Below, piece after piece: positions 1-9,811 of a DNA stretch of 64,000 nt. A model generated the notes under the pieces. That model was not told the DNA's origin, searched no databases, and saw nothing but the letters and a program-made list of their open reading frames with translations. How positions within the stretch are numbered: the stretch's first letter is position 1; every line of letters starts with the position of its first letter. The stretch covers positions 1-64,000 of the forward strand of contig JBDRCO010000043.1 in assembly GCA_043821645.1 (NCBI GenBank). The letters run 5' to 3'. The translations under genes were made by a program, and so were the position numbers. This DNA comes from Pseudomonadota bacterium (GTDB lineage: Bacteria; Myxococcota; JACRCW01; JAFGSX01).

Positions 1-1
1 T

Positions 2-103
2 ACCGCGGCGTACTTCATGGCCGAGCACAGCGGGTTCCAGGGCAGCCCAGTGGAGTTCTGGCTGTGCGCCGAGGCGCAGGTCGATCAGCAGCTGCGCGTC
101 TGA
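2..103 (+). CDS. 3' end of a DUF2934-like small protein (partial, starts before the window)
   Basis: Frame 2 reads TAAYFMAEHSGFQGSPVEFWLCAEAQVDQQLRV*, matching the AY-x-AE-xxGF...WL-x-AE pattern of DUF2934. Stop is TGA at 101-103. Confidence 0.65.
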   Translation, partial: TAAYFMAEHSGFQGSPVEFWLCAEAQVDQQLRV

Positions 104-347
104 GCTGCGACCGCGATCATCGCGGACCTCACCGACGACAATCGGGGAATAACACCGCGCCCTCGCGCGTCGATAGCACGCGAGAGACCGGTCGGATCCT
201 GGGCGCAGGTAGGCCTGGCCAAGACCTGCCTGGCTCCGCTATCCTCCGCTCCGCCGAGGCATGCTGGCGTCGGCGCCTTCTGTCATGACGGGGTCGCCGC
301 CGAGGCTGCCAGGACAGCCCAGCCAGCACCGCACAGCGAGGAGGTCC

Positions 348-1697
348 ATGGTGAAGCTGACGGTGTGCGCGGGGGACATGCGGCGATGGCCGCGCAGGCC
401 CCTGCTGATCGCGGGACTCCTGGTCTGCGCTCCGGCGCTGGCGCTCGAGCGACCGGTCATCGACATCGAGGGCGCGCACTTCAGGCCCTTCCCCGTCGCC
501 ATCCCGGACTTCAAGGCCAAGGGCAGCGAGGGCAAGGACCTGACCCAGGGCGTGGCCCAGGTGGTCCGCGATGACCTGGCCCTGTCGGGGCTGTTCCAGG
601 TGCTCGACCCGCGCTCCTTCATTGCCTCTCCCGAGCGAGAGGGCATCACCCAGGGAACCATCGCCTTCCCGGCCTGGCTCAACGTCGGTGCCGACGGTCT
701 GGTCAAGGCCCAGATCGCTCTCGACGACGACAAGCTGGCGGTGGAGCTGCACGTCTTCGACGTGGTGCGCGGCCGCGAGACCTTCAAGGAGACCTTCTCC
801 GAGCGCGACATTCAGCCCCGGCGCATGGCCCACCGGCTTGCCGACGCCCTGATCCGCCACTACACCGGAGAGAAGGGCGTGTTCCAGTCGCGCCTCGTCT
901 ACGTGCAACGCCGCGGCCAGGGCAAGGACATCTGCGTCATGGACGTCGACGGCTACAACGCCGATTGCGTGGTGAAGAACGGGGTCCTCAACCTGCTGCC
1001 GGCCTGGGCTGGCGGAGGCTCGCTGCTGTTCACCAGCTATCTCGGGGGCAGCACCGACCTGTACCGCATCGACCTCGGCCCCGGCACCATCGCGCCCCTG
1101 TCCAAGCGGCCGGGCCTCAATACCGGCGCGGCCCTGTCCCCGAACGGCAAGACCCTGGCGCTCACCCTGAGCCAGGACGGCAACTCCGAGATCTACCTGC
1201 TCGATCGCGAGGGTCAGAACCCGCGTCGGCTGACCTATGACACCTTCGCCATCGACAGCTCGCCGTCGTGGTCCCCCGACGGCAGCCAGCTGGCCTTCGT
1301 GTCTGACCGCGCCGGCTCGCCCCAGATCTACCTGATGAAGGCGGATGGCAGCGAGGTGCGACGCCTGACCTTCCAGGGCAACTACAACCAGACTCCGGAC
1401 TGGTCGCCGCGGGGCGACCGCATCGCCTTCACGGCCCGCGACGAGCGCAACGTCTTCGACGTCTTCACCATCGAGCTGGCCTCCGGCCGCATCACGCGCA
1501 TCACCCAGGACCAGGGCAACAACGAGGAGCCCACCTGGGCACCCAATGGCCGCCTGATGGCCTTCGTGTCCGACCGCGGTGGGCAGAAGGCCATCTACGT
1601 GAGCGACCCCGAGGGGCGCAACCAGCGTCGCGTGTCCCGCGGCAAGGCCCCCTGCTACACCCCGAGCTGGTCGCCACTTCTTCCAGAACTCAAGTAA
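348..1697 (+). CDS. tolB: Tol-Pal system beta-propeller protein TolB
   Basis: Signal peptide, TolB N-domain (IAIPDF...DDLALSGLF, AHRLADALI...TGEKGVF) and PD40 repeats (PSWSPDG, PDWSPRG, PTWAPNG, AFVSDR). ATG 348 follows a GAGGAGG RBS. Confidence 0.92.
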   Translation: MVKLTVCAGDMRRWPRRPLLIAGLLVCAPALALERPVIDIEGAHFRPFPVAIPDFKAKGSEGKDLTQGVAQVVRDDLALSGLFQVLDPRSFIASPEREGITQGTIAFPAWLNVGADGLVKAQIALDDDKLAVELHVFDVVRGRETFKETFSERDIQPRRMAHRLADALIRHYTGEKGVFQSRLVYVQRRGQGKDICVMDVDGYNADCVVKNGVLNLLPAWAGGGSLLFTSYLGGSTDLYRIDLGPGTIAPLSKRPGLNTGAALSPNGKTLALTLSQDGNSEIYLLDREGQNPRRLTYDTFAIDSSPSWSPDGSQLAFVSDRAGSPQIYLMKADGSEVRRLTFQGNYNQTPDWSPRGDRIAFTARDERNVFDVFTIELASGRITRITQDQGNNEEPTWAPNGRLMAFVSDRGGQKAIYVSDPEGRNQRRVSRGKAPCYTPSWSPLLPELK

Positions 1698-1949
1698 GAC
1701 CTGGCACCTGAGCGCCCTGCCTGCCCCCCGAGGACGGTGCACGGCGGCCCAGTCGAGCGCCCCACCCCATGCCTGTAGATGGGCCATTCCAAGAAGAAAA
1801 GCTGGTCATTTTTTTGCGTCGCCCTGGCAAGGCCCCTATCATCACCAGGTGATCTGCTGCGACATATGAGCCGAAGGAGTCGAGCGGATCTGTTAGGGTT
1901 AATTGAGGTATAAAATTATGCTAAATTATACTAAAATGAGACTACAATC

Positions 1950-1978
1950 TTGACGGAAAGAAATGAGACGTCTACGAT
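1950..1978 (+). promoter_or_regulatory. Sigma70-type promoter for the HTH-pilMNOPQ operon
   Basis: TTGACG (1950-1955), 17-bp spacer, TACGAT (1973-1978), preceded by an AT-rich tract in a GC-rich background. Confidence 0.75.
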
Positions 1979-2042
1979 GTGAAGCATCTCGTGAATCACG
2001 TTTTCACCTCTCGCACGAGGCGTGCATCGAAGGACTGGATCC

Positions 2043-2273
2043 ATGAAACGGCTGCGAAATCAGGTCAAGAGATTGCGTGAGGACAGGCTGATGAGCAAGG
2101 CCGAACTCGCGCGCAAGGCCGGCTTGAGCGCCCTCACCATTGACCGCGTCGAGTCTGGCATGAGCTGTCGCATGGACACCAAGCGCAAGATCATCCTGGC
2201 CCTCGGCATGAAGCTCGAGGAAAAGGACAAGGTGTTCATTCGCAAGGACGACGAGGAGGACGTGCAGGCTTAG
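2043..2273 (+). CDS. Small XRE-family helix-turn-helix regulator upstream of pilM
   Basis: 76 aa. VKRLREDRLMSKAELARKAGLSALTIDRVESG is an XRE HTH. This gene type precedes pilM in many deltaproteobacteria. Confidence 0.85.
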   Translation: MKRLRNQVKRLREDRLMSKAELARKAGLSALTIDRVESGMSCRMDTKRKIILALGMKLEEKDKVFIRKDDEEDVQA

Positions 2274-2303
2274 CGCGAGGCGCTTTCCGGCGCGAGGACC
2301 ACC

Positions 2304-3374
2304 ATGGCAAAGAGCAAGCTTTCCGTCGGCCTCGATATTGGCACCAGCTCCGTGAAGCTGTGCCAGCTCAAGGAGACCAAGGGGAAATACTCCCTGATCT
2401 CCTTCGGCATGATCGCCCTGCCCCCCGAGGCCATCGTCGACGGCGCCCTGATGAACTCGACGGCAATCGTCGACGCCATCCAGGAGCTGTTCGAGTCCCA
2501 GGGCGTCAAGAACAAAGAGGTGTCGCTGTCCATCAGCGGCCACTCGGTGATTCTCAAGAAGATCCCGCTGCCGGTGATGACCCCCGAGGAGCTCGAGGAG
2601 AGCATCCAGTGGGAAGCCGAGCAGTACATCCCCTTTGACATCAACGACGTGCACATCGACGTGCACATCCTCAACCCCCACACCGAGCAGGGGCAGATGG
2701 ATGTGCTGCTGGTCGCAGCCAAGAAGGACATGATCAACGACTACGTGTCGGTGGTGTCCGAGGCCGGCCTCGAGCCCGTGGTCATGGATGTGGACGCCCT
2801 GGCGGCCCAGAACCAGTTCGAGATGAACTACGACCTGCCGGTGGGCGAGACGGTGTGCCTGATCGACATCGGTGCCGCGGTCATCAACATCAACGTCATC
2901 AGCGACCGCGTCTCGGCCTTCACCCGCGACATCGCCATGGGTGGCAACCAGTTCACCGAGGAGATCCAGAAGCAGCTCAACGTCAGCTACGACGAGGCCG
3001 AGGAGCTGAAGATCGGTGGCCGCGACGCGGACGACGCCGACTCGGTGGTGCCCCAGGAAGTCGACCGCATCATCCAGGAAGTGTCGGAGACCCTGGCCAA
3101 CGAGGTGCAACGGTCCCTGGACTTCTACGCCGCCACCAGCGCCGATGCGCAGATCACGCGCATCTACCTGTCCGGTGGCGTGGCCAAGGTACAGACCGTG
3201 TCGCGCACCATCGAGGCCCGCACCGGTGTTCCGGTCGAGGTCATCGATCCCTTCCGTGCCGTGGACATCACAGGACGTGGGCTGAACCAGGACTTCCTGC
3301 GCACGGTGGGACCAGCAGCCGCGGTGGCGGTGGGGCTGGCTCTGCGAGGCGCTGGGGACAACATTCGCGGGTGA
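2304..3374 (+). CDS. pilM: Type IV pilus assembly protein PilM
   Basis: Actin-like motifs VGLDIGTSSVK, EAEQYIPF, IDIGA, GGNQFTEEI, RSLDFY, LSGG and AVGLALRG. Confidence 0.97.
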   Translation: MAKSKLSVGLDIGTSSVKLCQLKETKGKYSLISFGMIALPPEAIVDGALMNSTAIVDAIQELFESQGVKNKEVSLSISGHSVILKKIPLPVMTPEELEESIQWEAEQYIPFDINDVHIDVHILNPHTEQGQMDVLLVAAKKDMINDYVSVVSEAGLEPVVMDVDALAAQNQFEMNYDLPVGETVCLIDIGAAVININVISDRVSAFTRDIAMGGNQFTEEIQKQLNVSYDEAEELKIGGRDADDADSVVPQEVDRIIQEVSETLANEVQRSLDFYAATSADAQITRIYLSGGVAKVQTVSRTIEARTGVPVEVIDPFRAVDITGRGLNQDFLRTVGPAAAVAVGLALRGAGDNIRG

Positions 3375-3405
3375 CCGCGAGAGTGGGCTGTCAGAGAGGT
3401 CGAAC

Positions 3406-3954
3406 ATGATTCGCATCAACCTGCTCCCGGTCAAAGAACGCATCCGCGTCAGCGCCGGCATCCGGCAGCTGTGGATGATGAGCGCGGTGGTCATCCTCTT
3501 CCTCGCCGTCATGGTGGGTTACAACGTCAAGATCAGTCGCGACAACGACAAGCTGCGCGAGGAGATCTCGCGCGTCGAGGCCGAGATCAAGCGCCTCGAG
3601 GATCTGATCGGTGAGGTCAACCAGCTGGAGGCGGACCGCAACCGCCTGCTCAAGCAGCTCGAGATCATTCGCAACCTCGAACGCGGCAAGACCGGACCGG
3701 TGCGCATGATGGACTCGCTGGCCTCGCTGATCCCCAAGCGCGTGTGGGTCACCAACATGGCCGAGTCCGGGGGCAACCTGACGCTGCAGGGTTTTGGCAT
3801 CGAGAACTCGGACATCTCGGACTTCATGAACGCGCTGGAAAAGGACCCGATGTTCAGCAACATCCAGCTCAAGTTCACGGCGAAGACAGCCAATGCCGAG
3901 TTTGGACAGTCCGTGTTCAACTTCGCGCTGAGCCTGGGCGTCAAGTACAACTGA
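3406..3954 (+). CDS. pilN: Type IV pilus assembly protein PilN
   Basis: N-terminal IRINLLP motif, one TM segment, coiled coil; follows pilM. Confidence 0.95.
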   Translation: MIRINLLPVKERIRVSAGIRQLWMMSAVVILFLAVMVGYNVKISRDNDKLREEISRVEAEIKRLEDLIGEVNQLEADRNRLLKQLEIIRNLERGKTGPVRMMDSLASLIPKRVWVTNMAESGGNLTLQGFGIENSDISDFMNALEKDPMFSNIQLKFTAKTANAEFGQSVFNFALSLGVKYN

Positions 3955-3979
3955 GGTCCTCGCACCTCGGAGATGGGCC

Positions 3980-4555
3980 ATGGATCAGTTCTTCGATACC
4001 TTCACCAAGATCTCGATCGAGAAGAAGATCGGTATCTTGATCGGCATGCTCCTCGTGGTCCTGGGCGGCGACTACTTCCTGGTGATGTCGACCCAGTTCG
4101 AGGAGCAGGCATCCCTGACTGCGAAGAACGAGGAACTGCAGGTGCAGCTGCTCGACAAGCAGCAGAAGGCCAAGGACCTGACAGGGTTCAAGCGCGAGGT
4201 CGAGCGGCTGCGGCAGCGTCTGCGCGAGGCCGAGGAGCAGCTGCCCAAGAAGAGCGAGATCCCCAAGCTGCTCAAGGACATCAACTACGAGGGGCAGCAG
4301 TCGGGCCTGACCATCTCGCGCTTCGAGCTGCAGGGCGAGCAGCAGCAGGGTGCCTTTGCCGCGGTGCCCGTGCGCATGGTGGTCGAGGGGAATTACCACG
4401 AGATCGCGGTGTTCCTGGACCGCATCGCCAAGCTCCCTCGTATCGTCAACGTGACCAATATCGTGCTCGGGGGCGCAGGCGAGCAGAACAAGAAGATCGT
4501 GTTGCAGGGTTCCTACACGGCGACGACATACCGTTTCCTGGAACAAGGTAAGTAA
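3980..4555 (+). CDS. pilO: Type IV pilus assembly protein PilO
   Basis: TM plus coiled coil, QLPKKSEIPKLL and GNYHEIAVFLDRIAKLPRIVNV motifs, C-terminal ATTYRF. Confidence 0.95.
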   Translation: MDQFFDTFTKISIEKKIGILIGMLLVVLGGDYFLVMSTQFEEQASLTAKNEELQVQLLDKQQKAKDLTGFKREVERLRQRLREAEEQLPKKSEIPKLLKDINYEGQQSGLTISRFELQGEQQQGAFAAVPVRMVVEGNYHEIAVFLDRIAKLPRIVNVTNIVLGGAGEQNKKIVLQGSYTATTYRFLEQGK

Positions 4556-4579
4556 GTTCGGTTGACGGGAGCAGGTACC

Positions 4580-5146
4580 ATGCACGAGCACGCTCGAACA
4601 CATCGAACCCCCACTCTCCACGTGCGAACCGTCTCCGCACTGGCCTTGCTGAGCCTGCCGCTCGCGCTCGTGCAAGCCTGCGGCGATGACGAGATGGATG
4701 ACTCGGCACCCGTGGCAGAGCTCAAGGTCGCGACGCAGTCTGAATCGGCGGTCACCCCCGAGAACGCAAAGGAAGACGAGAGCCTGGTGTACACCTACAA
4801 CGCCGTGGGCAAGCGCGACCCCTTTCGCACCTACTTTTCCGAGATCGAGCGCGAAGATGCGGTGAGCAGAAAGCTGACCGAGCTGCAGCAGTACGACCTG
4901 GACCAGTTGCGGCTGGTGGCCGTCATCGTCGGCACCGCGACCCCCAAGGCCATGGTCGAGGATCCGACGGGCAAGGGACATGTGGTCAAGACCGGTACCC
5001 TGGTCGGCAAGCACTGGGGACAGGTCAAGCACATTCGCCGCGGCGAGATCATCATCCAGGAGGAGTTCCGCGACTTCACGGGGCGCCGGGTCACGCACCT
5101 GGTGCCCATGAAGTTGCCCGAGGAAGAGAAGGTCAAGCTCGAATGA
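4580..5146 (+). CDS. pilP: Type IV pilus lipoprotein PilP
   Basis: Lipobox (LVQAC), YNAVGKRDPF, LQQYDLDQLRLVAVI, AMVEDPTGKG. Start is uncertain (4562 TTG or 4580 ATG). Confidence 0.93.
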   Translation: MHEHARTHRTPTLHVRTVSALALLSLPLALVQACGDDEMDDSAPVAELKVATQSESAVTPENAKEDESLVYTYNAVGKRDPFRTYFSEIEREDAVSRKLTELQQYDLDQLRLVAVIVGTATPKAMVEDPTGKGHVVKTGTLVGKHWGQVKHIRRGEIIIQEEFRDFTGRRVTHLVPMKLPEEEKVKLE

Positions 5147-5207
5147 AAGTTACGGCAGTGCGCGGGCCAAGAACTGCTGATGTGACGTGCGCTGAGGAGA
5201 CGAGCCG

Positions 5208-7781
5208 ATGAAGCCGAAATCGAGTACATGGAGCGCTATCGTCGTCGGGGCCGCGGTGCTGAGCACAGGCGCGCTTCGAGCGGAGCAGGCCGCGAACCGG
5301 GTGACCGGGGTGCAGCTGCAGCCTGCGGGTGAGGCCACCCGGGTGCTGATCGCCACCGAGGCCGCACCGCGCTACACGGTGTTCAAGCTCAGCGCACCCC
5401 TGCGGGTCGTCATCGACGTGCAGGGAGGTGACGTGGCGGCGCTTGGCAGCCCCCTTGCGGGACAGGGCCTGGTGCAGGGGGTGGCGGCCACCCAGTTCGA
5501 CGACGCGAGCGGCAAGATCGGTCGCCTGGTCGTCACGCTGCGGGACGGAGCGCGCTACGACGTCGTGGCCGAGGGCCAGACGCTGGTGCTCACGGCCACT
5601 CCGGAACAATCCGGGCGTCAAGCTGCAGCCACCGAGCCGCCCGCTGCGTCCCGTGGCCAGACCCCGGAGCAGACTGCCGCCGTCGAGGCCCAGGTGCCCG
5701 AGCTGGAGCCCGCGAGCCCGCCCGCCCGGCGCCTGCTCGCCATCGAGGCGCGCCCGAGCAACCACGCCACCCTGCTGACCCTGCGCACCGACGGCGAGCC
5801 ACTGCGCTACGAGGTCAAGGAGATCGACAACCCCCCGCGCCTGGTGGTGGACCTGTACGATGTCTCGACCCGCCTCAAAAAGTCCGTGGCGATCCAGGAT
5901 GCGAACCTGCAGCGCGCTCGCGTGGGCTGGCACCAGGGGAAGACCCGGGTGGTCATCGATACGGTGCGCGGTGTGCCCATCTACGACGTGGCCGTGGCTG
6001 CTGATGGCCTGACCCTGGCCATCACCGACCGCTTCCCCGAGCGCGCGGCGACCAATGTGGCGCCCCAGACCGCGACCGTGAAAGACGTCCAGGTCAGCCA
6101 GATGGGCGACTTCTGGCGCATCAAGATGACCCTCGACGGTGATTTCGAGGAACGCCTGGCCAGCGACGCTCCACGCATGAAGATCGTCGAGCTCAAGGCT
6201 CGCCTGCCCGAGACACTCCGCCGCACGCTGGATGCCAGCGCCCAGAATGGCCCGGTGCAGCGCGTGTCCACCTTCACCGACCCCGATGACCCGTCCATGG
6301 TGCGACTGGCTGCAGACCTGCGCGGTGAGGTCGAGCACAAGCTGTGGCACCAGGACAACGCGCTGTTCTGGGACTTCCGCCTGACGGCCAACAGCGGCAA
6401 GGATCCGGTCGCCACCACGGCGGCAGGCCACAGCACGCAGCTCCAGGGCGCCAGCCAGGCCGTGGCGCCCGCAGCCCGGCGCTACAGCGGCAAGCGCATC
6501 ACCCTCGACGTCAAGGAGGCGGACATCCTCAACGTGCTTCGTCTCATCGCGGACGTGTCCAAGCTCAACATCATCGCCGCCGACACGGTGACCGGCAAGG
6601 TCACCATCAAGCTGCGCAACGTGCCCTGGGATCAGGCTCTGGATGTGATCCTCAAGAGCAAGGGCCTGGGCATGGAGCGCCGCGGTGGCATCATCCGCGT
6701 CGCACCGCAGACCGAACTTCAGGCCGAGCGCGAGATGAAGGCCAAGCAGCGCGAGCTCGACCAGAAGAGCATCCCGACCACGGTCAAGCTGCTGGTGGTG
6801 AACTATGCCAACGCGGCCGAGATGCTGCCCCAGGTGCAGAAGATCCTGTCCATCCGCGGCACCGCCACGGTCGACGCGCGCACCAACGTCATCATTGTCG
6901 AGGACATCAAGGAGAACCTGGTGCAGGCCGAGCGGCTGGTGCGGACGCTGGACACCCAGACCCCGCAGGTCCTGATCGAGGCGCGCATCGTCGAGGCCTC
7001 GACCTCCTTCGTGCGCAACCTCGGTATCCAGTGGGGTGGTGGGCTCAACTTCTCCCAGGCCAACGGCAACCCCACGGGCCTGGTCTTCCCATACAACTTT
7101 GGCATGGTCGGCGCCGCCGACTCGGCCCAGTCAGGAACCCTTCAGGGCGGAGTGTTCAAGCCCAGCAACTTCGCGGTCAACTACCCGGTCGCGGCCGAGG
7201 GTGAGGGCTCGGCCATGGGCATGAGCTTCGGCAGCATTGGCGATGCCGGCACCCTGAACCTGCGCCTGACCGCAGCCGAGAGCGAAGGCCAGGCCAAGGT
7301 GGTGTCTGCCCCCAAGGTGGTCACCATCGACAACAAGACCGCCAAGATCTCCCAGGGCGTGGACATCCCGGTGGCCACCATCAGTGCGGCCGGTACCCAG
7401 ACCCAGCTCATCACCGCGGCCCTGGAGCTCGAGGTCACGCCACACGTGACCACCGATGGCAGCGTGCTGCTCAAGATCCACGTCTCCAACAACGTGCCCA
7501 ACTTCGAGCGCACCGTGCTCGGTGTGCCCGCCATCGAGAAGAAGGAAGCGGACACCGAGGTGCTGCTCTACGACGGTGACACCTCCGTCATCGGCGGCAT
7601 CTACACCCGCCGTACCAACGAGAGCCATCGGTACACGCCCTTCATTGGCAAGATCCCCTTGCTCGGCTGGCTGTTCCAGAGCAGCTTCAAGGAGGACGAG
7701 CGCAAGGAACTCCTGGCCTTCATCACGCCGCGCATCGTCAATCGCAAGAAGGCGCTGGTGAACGTGCAGGACAATCCGTGA
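5208..7781 (+). CDS. pilQ: Type IV pilus secretin PilQ
   Basis: Signal peptide, AMIN domains (PLRVVIDV, PPRLVVDL), N0 (YSGKRITLD, NVPWDQALD), secretin core (QVLIEARIVEA, LEVTPHVT, KIPLLGWLF, FITPRIV). Confidence 0.97.
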   Translation: MKPKSSTWSAIVVGAAVLSTGALRAEQAANRVTGVQLQPAGEATRVLIATEAAPRYTVFKLSAPLRVVIDVQGGDVAALGSPLAGQGLVQGVAATQFDDASGKIGRLVVTLRDGARYDVVAEGQTLVLTATPEQSGRQAAATEPPAASRGQTPEQTAAVEAQVPELEPASPPARRLLAIEARPSNHATLLTLRTDGEPLRYEVKEIDNPPRLVVDLYDVSTRLKKSVAIQDANLQRARVGWHQGKTRVVIDTVRGVPIYDVAVAADGLTLAITDRFPERAATNVAPQTATVKDVQVSQMGDFWRIKMTLDGDFEERLASDAPRMKIVELKARLPETLRRTLDASAQNGPVQRVSTFTDPDDPSMVRLAADLRGEVEHKLWHQDNALFWDFRLTANSGKDPVATTAAGHSTQLQGASQAVAPAARRYSGKRITLDVKEADILNVLRLIADVSKLNIIAADTVTGKVTIKLRNVPWDQALDVILKSKGLGMERRGGIIRVAPQTELQAEREMKAKQRELDQKSIPTTVKLLVVNYANAAEMLPQVQKILSIRGTATVDARTNVIIVEDIKENLVQAERLVRTLDTQTPQVLIEARIVEASTSFVRNLGIQWGGGLNFSQANGNPTGLVFPYNFGMVGAADSAQSGTLQGGVFKPSNFAVNYPVAAEGEGSAMGMSFGSIGDAGTLNLRLTAAESEGQAKVVSAPKVVTIDNKTAKISQGVDIPVATISAAGTQTQLITAALELEVTPHVTTDGSVLLKIHVSNNVPNFERTVLGVPAIEKKEADTEVLLYDGDTSVIGGIYTRRTNESHRYTPFIGKIPLLGWLFQSSFKEDERKELLAFITPRIVNRKKALVNVQDNP

Positions 7782-7819
7782 TGCGAGTCTGGTCCACGAG
7801 ACCGGAGGAGGACGCTGCG

Positions 7820-8587
7820 ATGAGAATCTCCATGATTGCCACCACTCCCCTGCTCACCCTGGCTCTCCTGCTGGGTGGGTGTGCTGGCTCGGACAGCCTG
7901 CTGCTCGCCGTGGCCAACGTTGTCAACGAGGGAGAAGCTGCGGCGGCCGGTAGCACGGTCACGTGCACGGTCAACGAGGCGCTCCTGCTTCCCCAGGGGC
8001 TGCTCGACATCGAGGCCACCATCGAGGACACGACCCCGACCTACAGCGGGCAGAACTACATCGCGGACCTGCTGGTCAACTGGGGGGCCGAGGCCAACGG
8101 GAGGAAGACCACCGAGACCGAAAGCTTCAGCAACTACGGAAGCGTCTCCACCACCGACCTCATCGTCGAGGAAGTGGAGGTGGGCTACGACTTCTCCTAT
8201 GCGCCGATGGAGCCACCCACGGCCACCTCCGTGATCCCTCAGCGTGTGGCGCTGCCGGTCTTTGCCTGGCTGGGAGAACAGCAGGCGAAGGGTTTGGTGC
8301 GCTTCGAGATGGTGTCTCGCGCCGTCGCCAGCGCCATCGAGCAGGACACTGCAGACCCCACCTTCGGCGAGCTGCTCACGGCACCCAACCTCTACCCGAT
8401 GGCCGTGCGCTTTCGGCTGAGGGCGCGCACCGAGGCTGGGTATCGCGTCGAGACCGATGACTTCAGCTACCCCATCCTGCTGTGCAAGAATTGCTCGGTC
8501 AAACTGCCCCCCACGCACCCCAAGCCTGCCTGCGCCCAGGTCCAGCCCTGCTATCCCGAGTGGCAGAACCAGTTCCAGTGCCTCTAG
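7820..8587 (+). CDS. Uncharacterised lipoprotein downstream of pilQ
   Basis: GGAGGAGG upstream of ATG 7820, lipobox LLGGC, Cys-rich C-terminus (YPILLCKNC...C...C...C). Confidence 0.75.
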   Translation: MRISMIATTPLLTLALLLGGCAGSDSLLLAVANVVNEGEAAAAGSTVTCTVNEALLLPQGLLDIEATIEDTTPTYSGQNYIADLLVNWGAEANGRKTTETESFSNYGSVSTTDLIVEEVEVGYDFSYAPMEPPTATSVIPQRVALPVFAWLGEQQAKGLVRFEMVSRAVASAIEQDTADPTFGELLTAPNLYPMAVRFRLRARTEAGYRVETDDFSYPILLCKNCSVKLPPTHPKPACAQVQPCYPEWQNQFQCL

Positions 8588-8710
8588 GAGCCTGACCCCG
8601 CCAGGACCTTGACTTCCCACGGCCAGCCCGCTTTGCTTGCCTGCCACAGACCGGCTGCTCGTGACGAGCCATCGGTCCCTGAAGGTCGACGGCACCGGAG
8701 GTGAGCGAGG

Positions 8711-9079
8711 ATGTCATTTGGTGAGCACCTCCAGCGCGTGGTACGCGAGGCTCGGGGCTGCGTCAACTGCACGCTCATGGCCTTTGACGGCATCACAGTG
8801 GAGACGGCCCTGGGTGCGGTGGACGCCGGGCCAGCGCTGGTCAGCGACGCACATATCGAGTACTCGAACCTCATCACACAGATGCGGAATGCGGCCAGCG
8901 GACTGGATGCCGGAGCCTTGAGGGAAGTGTGCATCCGCAATGACAGTCTGGTGACGGTGCTGCGTCCGCTCAACGACGAGTACCTGATCGCCGCCTCCTT
9001 CGTGGCCGGCGGCCTGGTTGGCAAGGGGCGCTACCTGATGCGGGTGATCTCACCACGGCTGCTGGACGAGCTACAGTAA
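8711..9079 (+). CDS. mglC: Roadblock/LC7 protein MglC (MglB paralog, polarity module)
   Basis: 122 aa with MSFxxHL start, F25-D26-G-I28 motif, EYxNLxTQxRNAA and GKGRYxxRVxxP. Same pilQ-lipoprotein-mglC-efp-accBC order as Myxococcus xanthus. Confidence 0.88.
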   Translation: MSFGEHLQRVVREARGCVNCTLMAFDGITVETALGAVDAGPALVSDAHIEYSNLITQMRNAASGLDAGALREVCIRNDSLVTVLRPLNDEYLIAASFVAGGLVGKGRYLMRVISPRLLDELQ

Positions 9080-9223
9080 CAGCGATCCCCGAACGCGAGG
9101 TGCCGCCCCTCGGACCACCCCGAACCGCGCCCTCGAGACCAGCGGCGGCGGGACCCAGGCGGCAGAACAAGGACCTGGCCAGTGTTCCCCCGGCCCCTGA
9201 CGGCCCGGGAGCGAGGTGACTTC

Positions 9224-9793
9224 ATGCTGACGACTTCGGACTTTCGCAAGGGCCTCAAGATCGAGATCGACAATGCTCCCTACGTCATCGTCGACTTCCA
9301 GCACGTCAAGCCCGGTAAGGGCTCGGCCTTCGTTCGCACCAAGCTGCGCAACTTGATCACGGGCCTGGTCATCGATCCGACCTTCCGCTCCGGCGACAAG
9401 CTCAAGAAGCCGGATCTGGTCGAGAACACCATGCAGTATCTGTACGCCGACGGCGACAGCTACCACTTCATGGACACCCGAAGCTACGAGCAGGTCGAGA
9501 TCACCAAGGAAAACCTGGGCGAGGCCGCGGACTATCTGACCGAGAACCTCGAGGTCAGCGTGCTTCTGTTCAATGGCCGACCTCTGGGCGTGGACCTTCC
9601 CAACTTCGTCGAGCTCAAGATCACGAGCTGCGATCCCGGGATCAAGGGCGACACGGTCAGCGGCGCCACCAAGCCAGCGACCGTGCTCACCGGCGCCAGC
9701 TTCAACGTCCCGCTGTTCATCAACGAGGGGGACGTCATCCGGGTCGACACCCGCTCCCACAGCTACGTCGAGCGCGTCGCCACCGGCGGCTGA
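9224..9793 (+). CDS. efp: Elongation factor P
   Basis: QHVKPGKGSAFVRTKL, MQYLY, PGIKGDT, VPLFINEGD. Confidence 0.97.
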   Translation: MLTTSDFRKGLKIEIDNAPYVIVDFQHVKPGKGSAFVRTKLRNLITGLVIDPTFRSGDKLKKPDLVENTMQYLYADGDSYHFMDTRSYEQVEITKENLGEAADYLTENLEVSVLLFNGRPLGVDLPNFVELKITSCDPGIKGDTVSGATKPATVLTGASFNVPLFINEGDVIRVDTRSHSYVERVATGG

Positions 9794-9811
9794 GCGCGAG
9801 CGAGGTACGCC

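Noticed and set aside
111-125. Palindrome CCGCGATCATCGCGG after the first gene
   Set aside because: Short, 1-nt loop, no U-tract; cannot be supported as a terminator or operator.
129-3512. 552-aa and 502-aa minus-strand ORFs
   Set aside because: Antisense to tolB and pilM; no recognisable domains.
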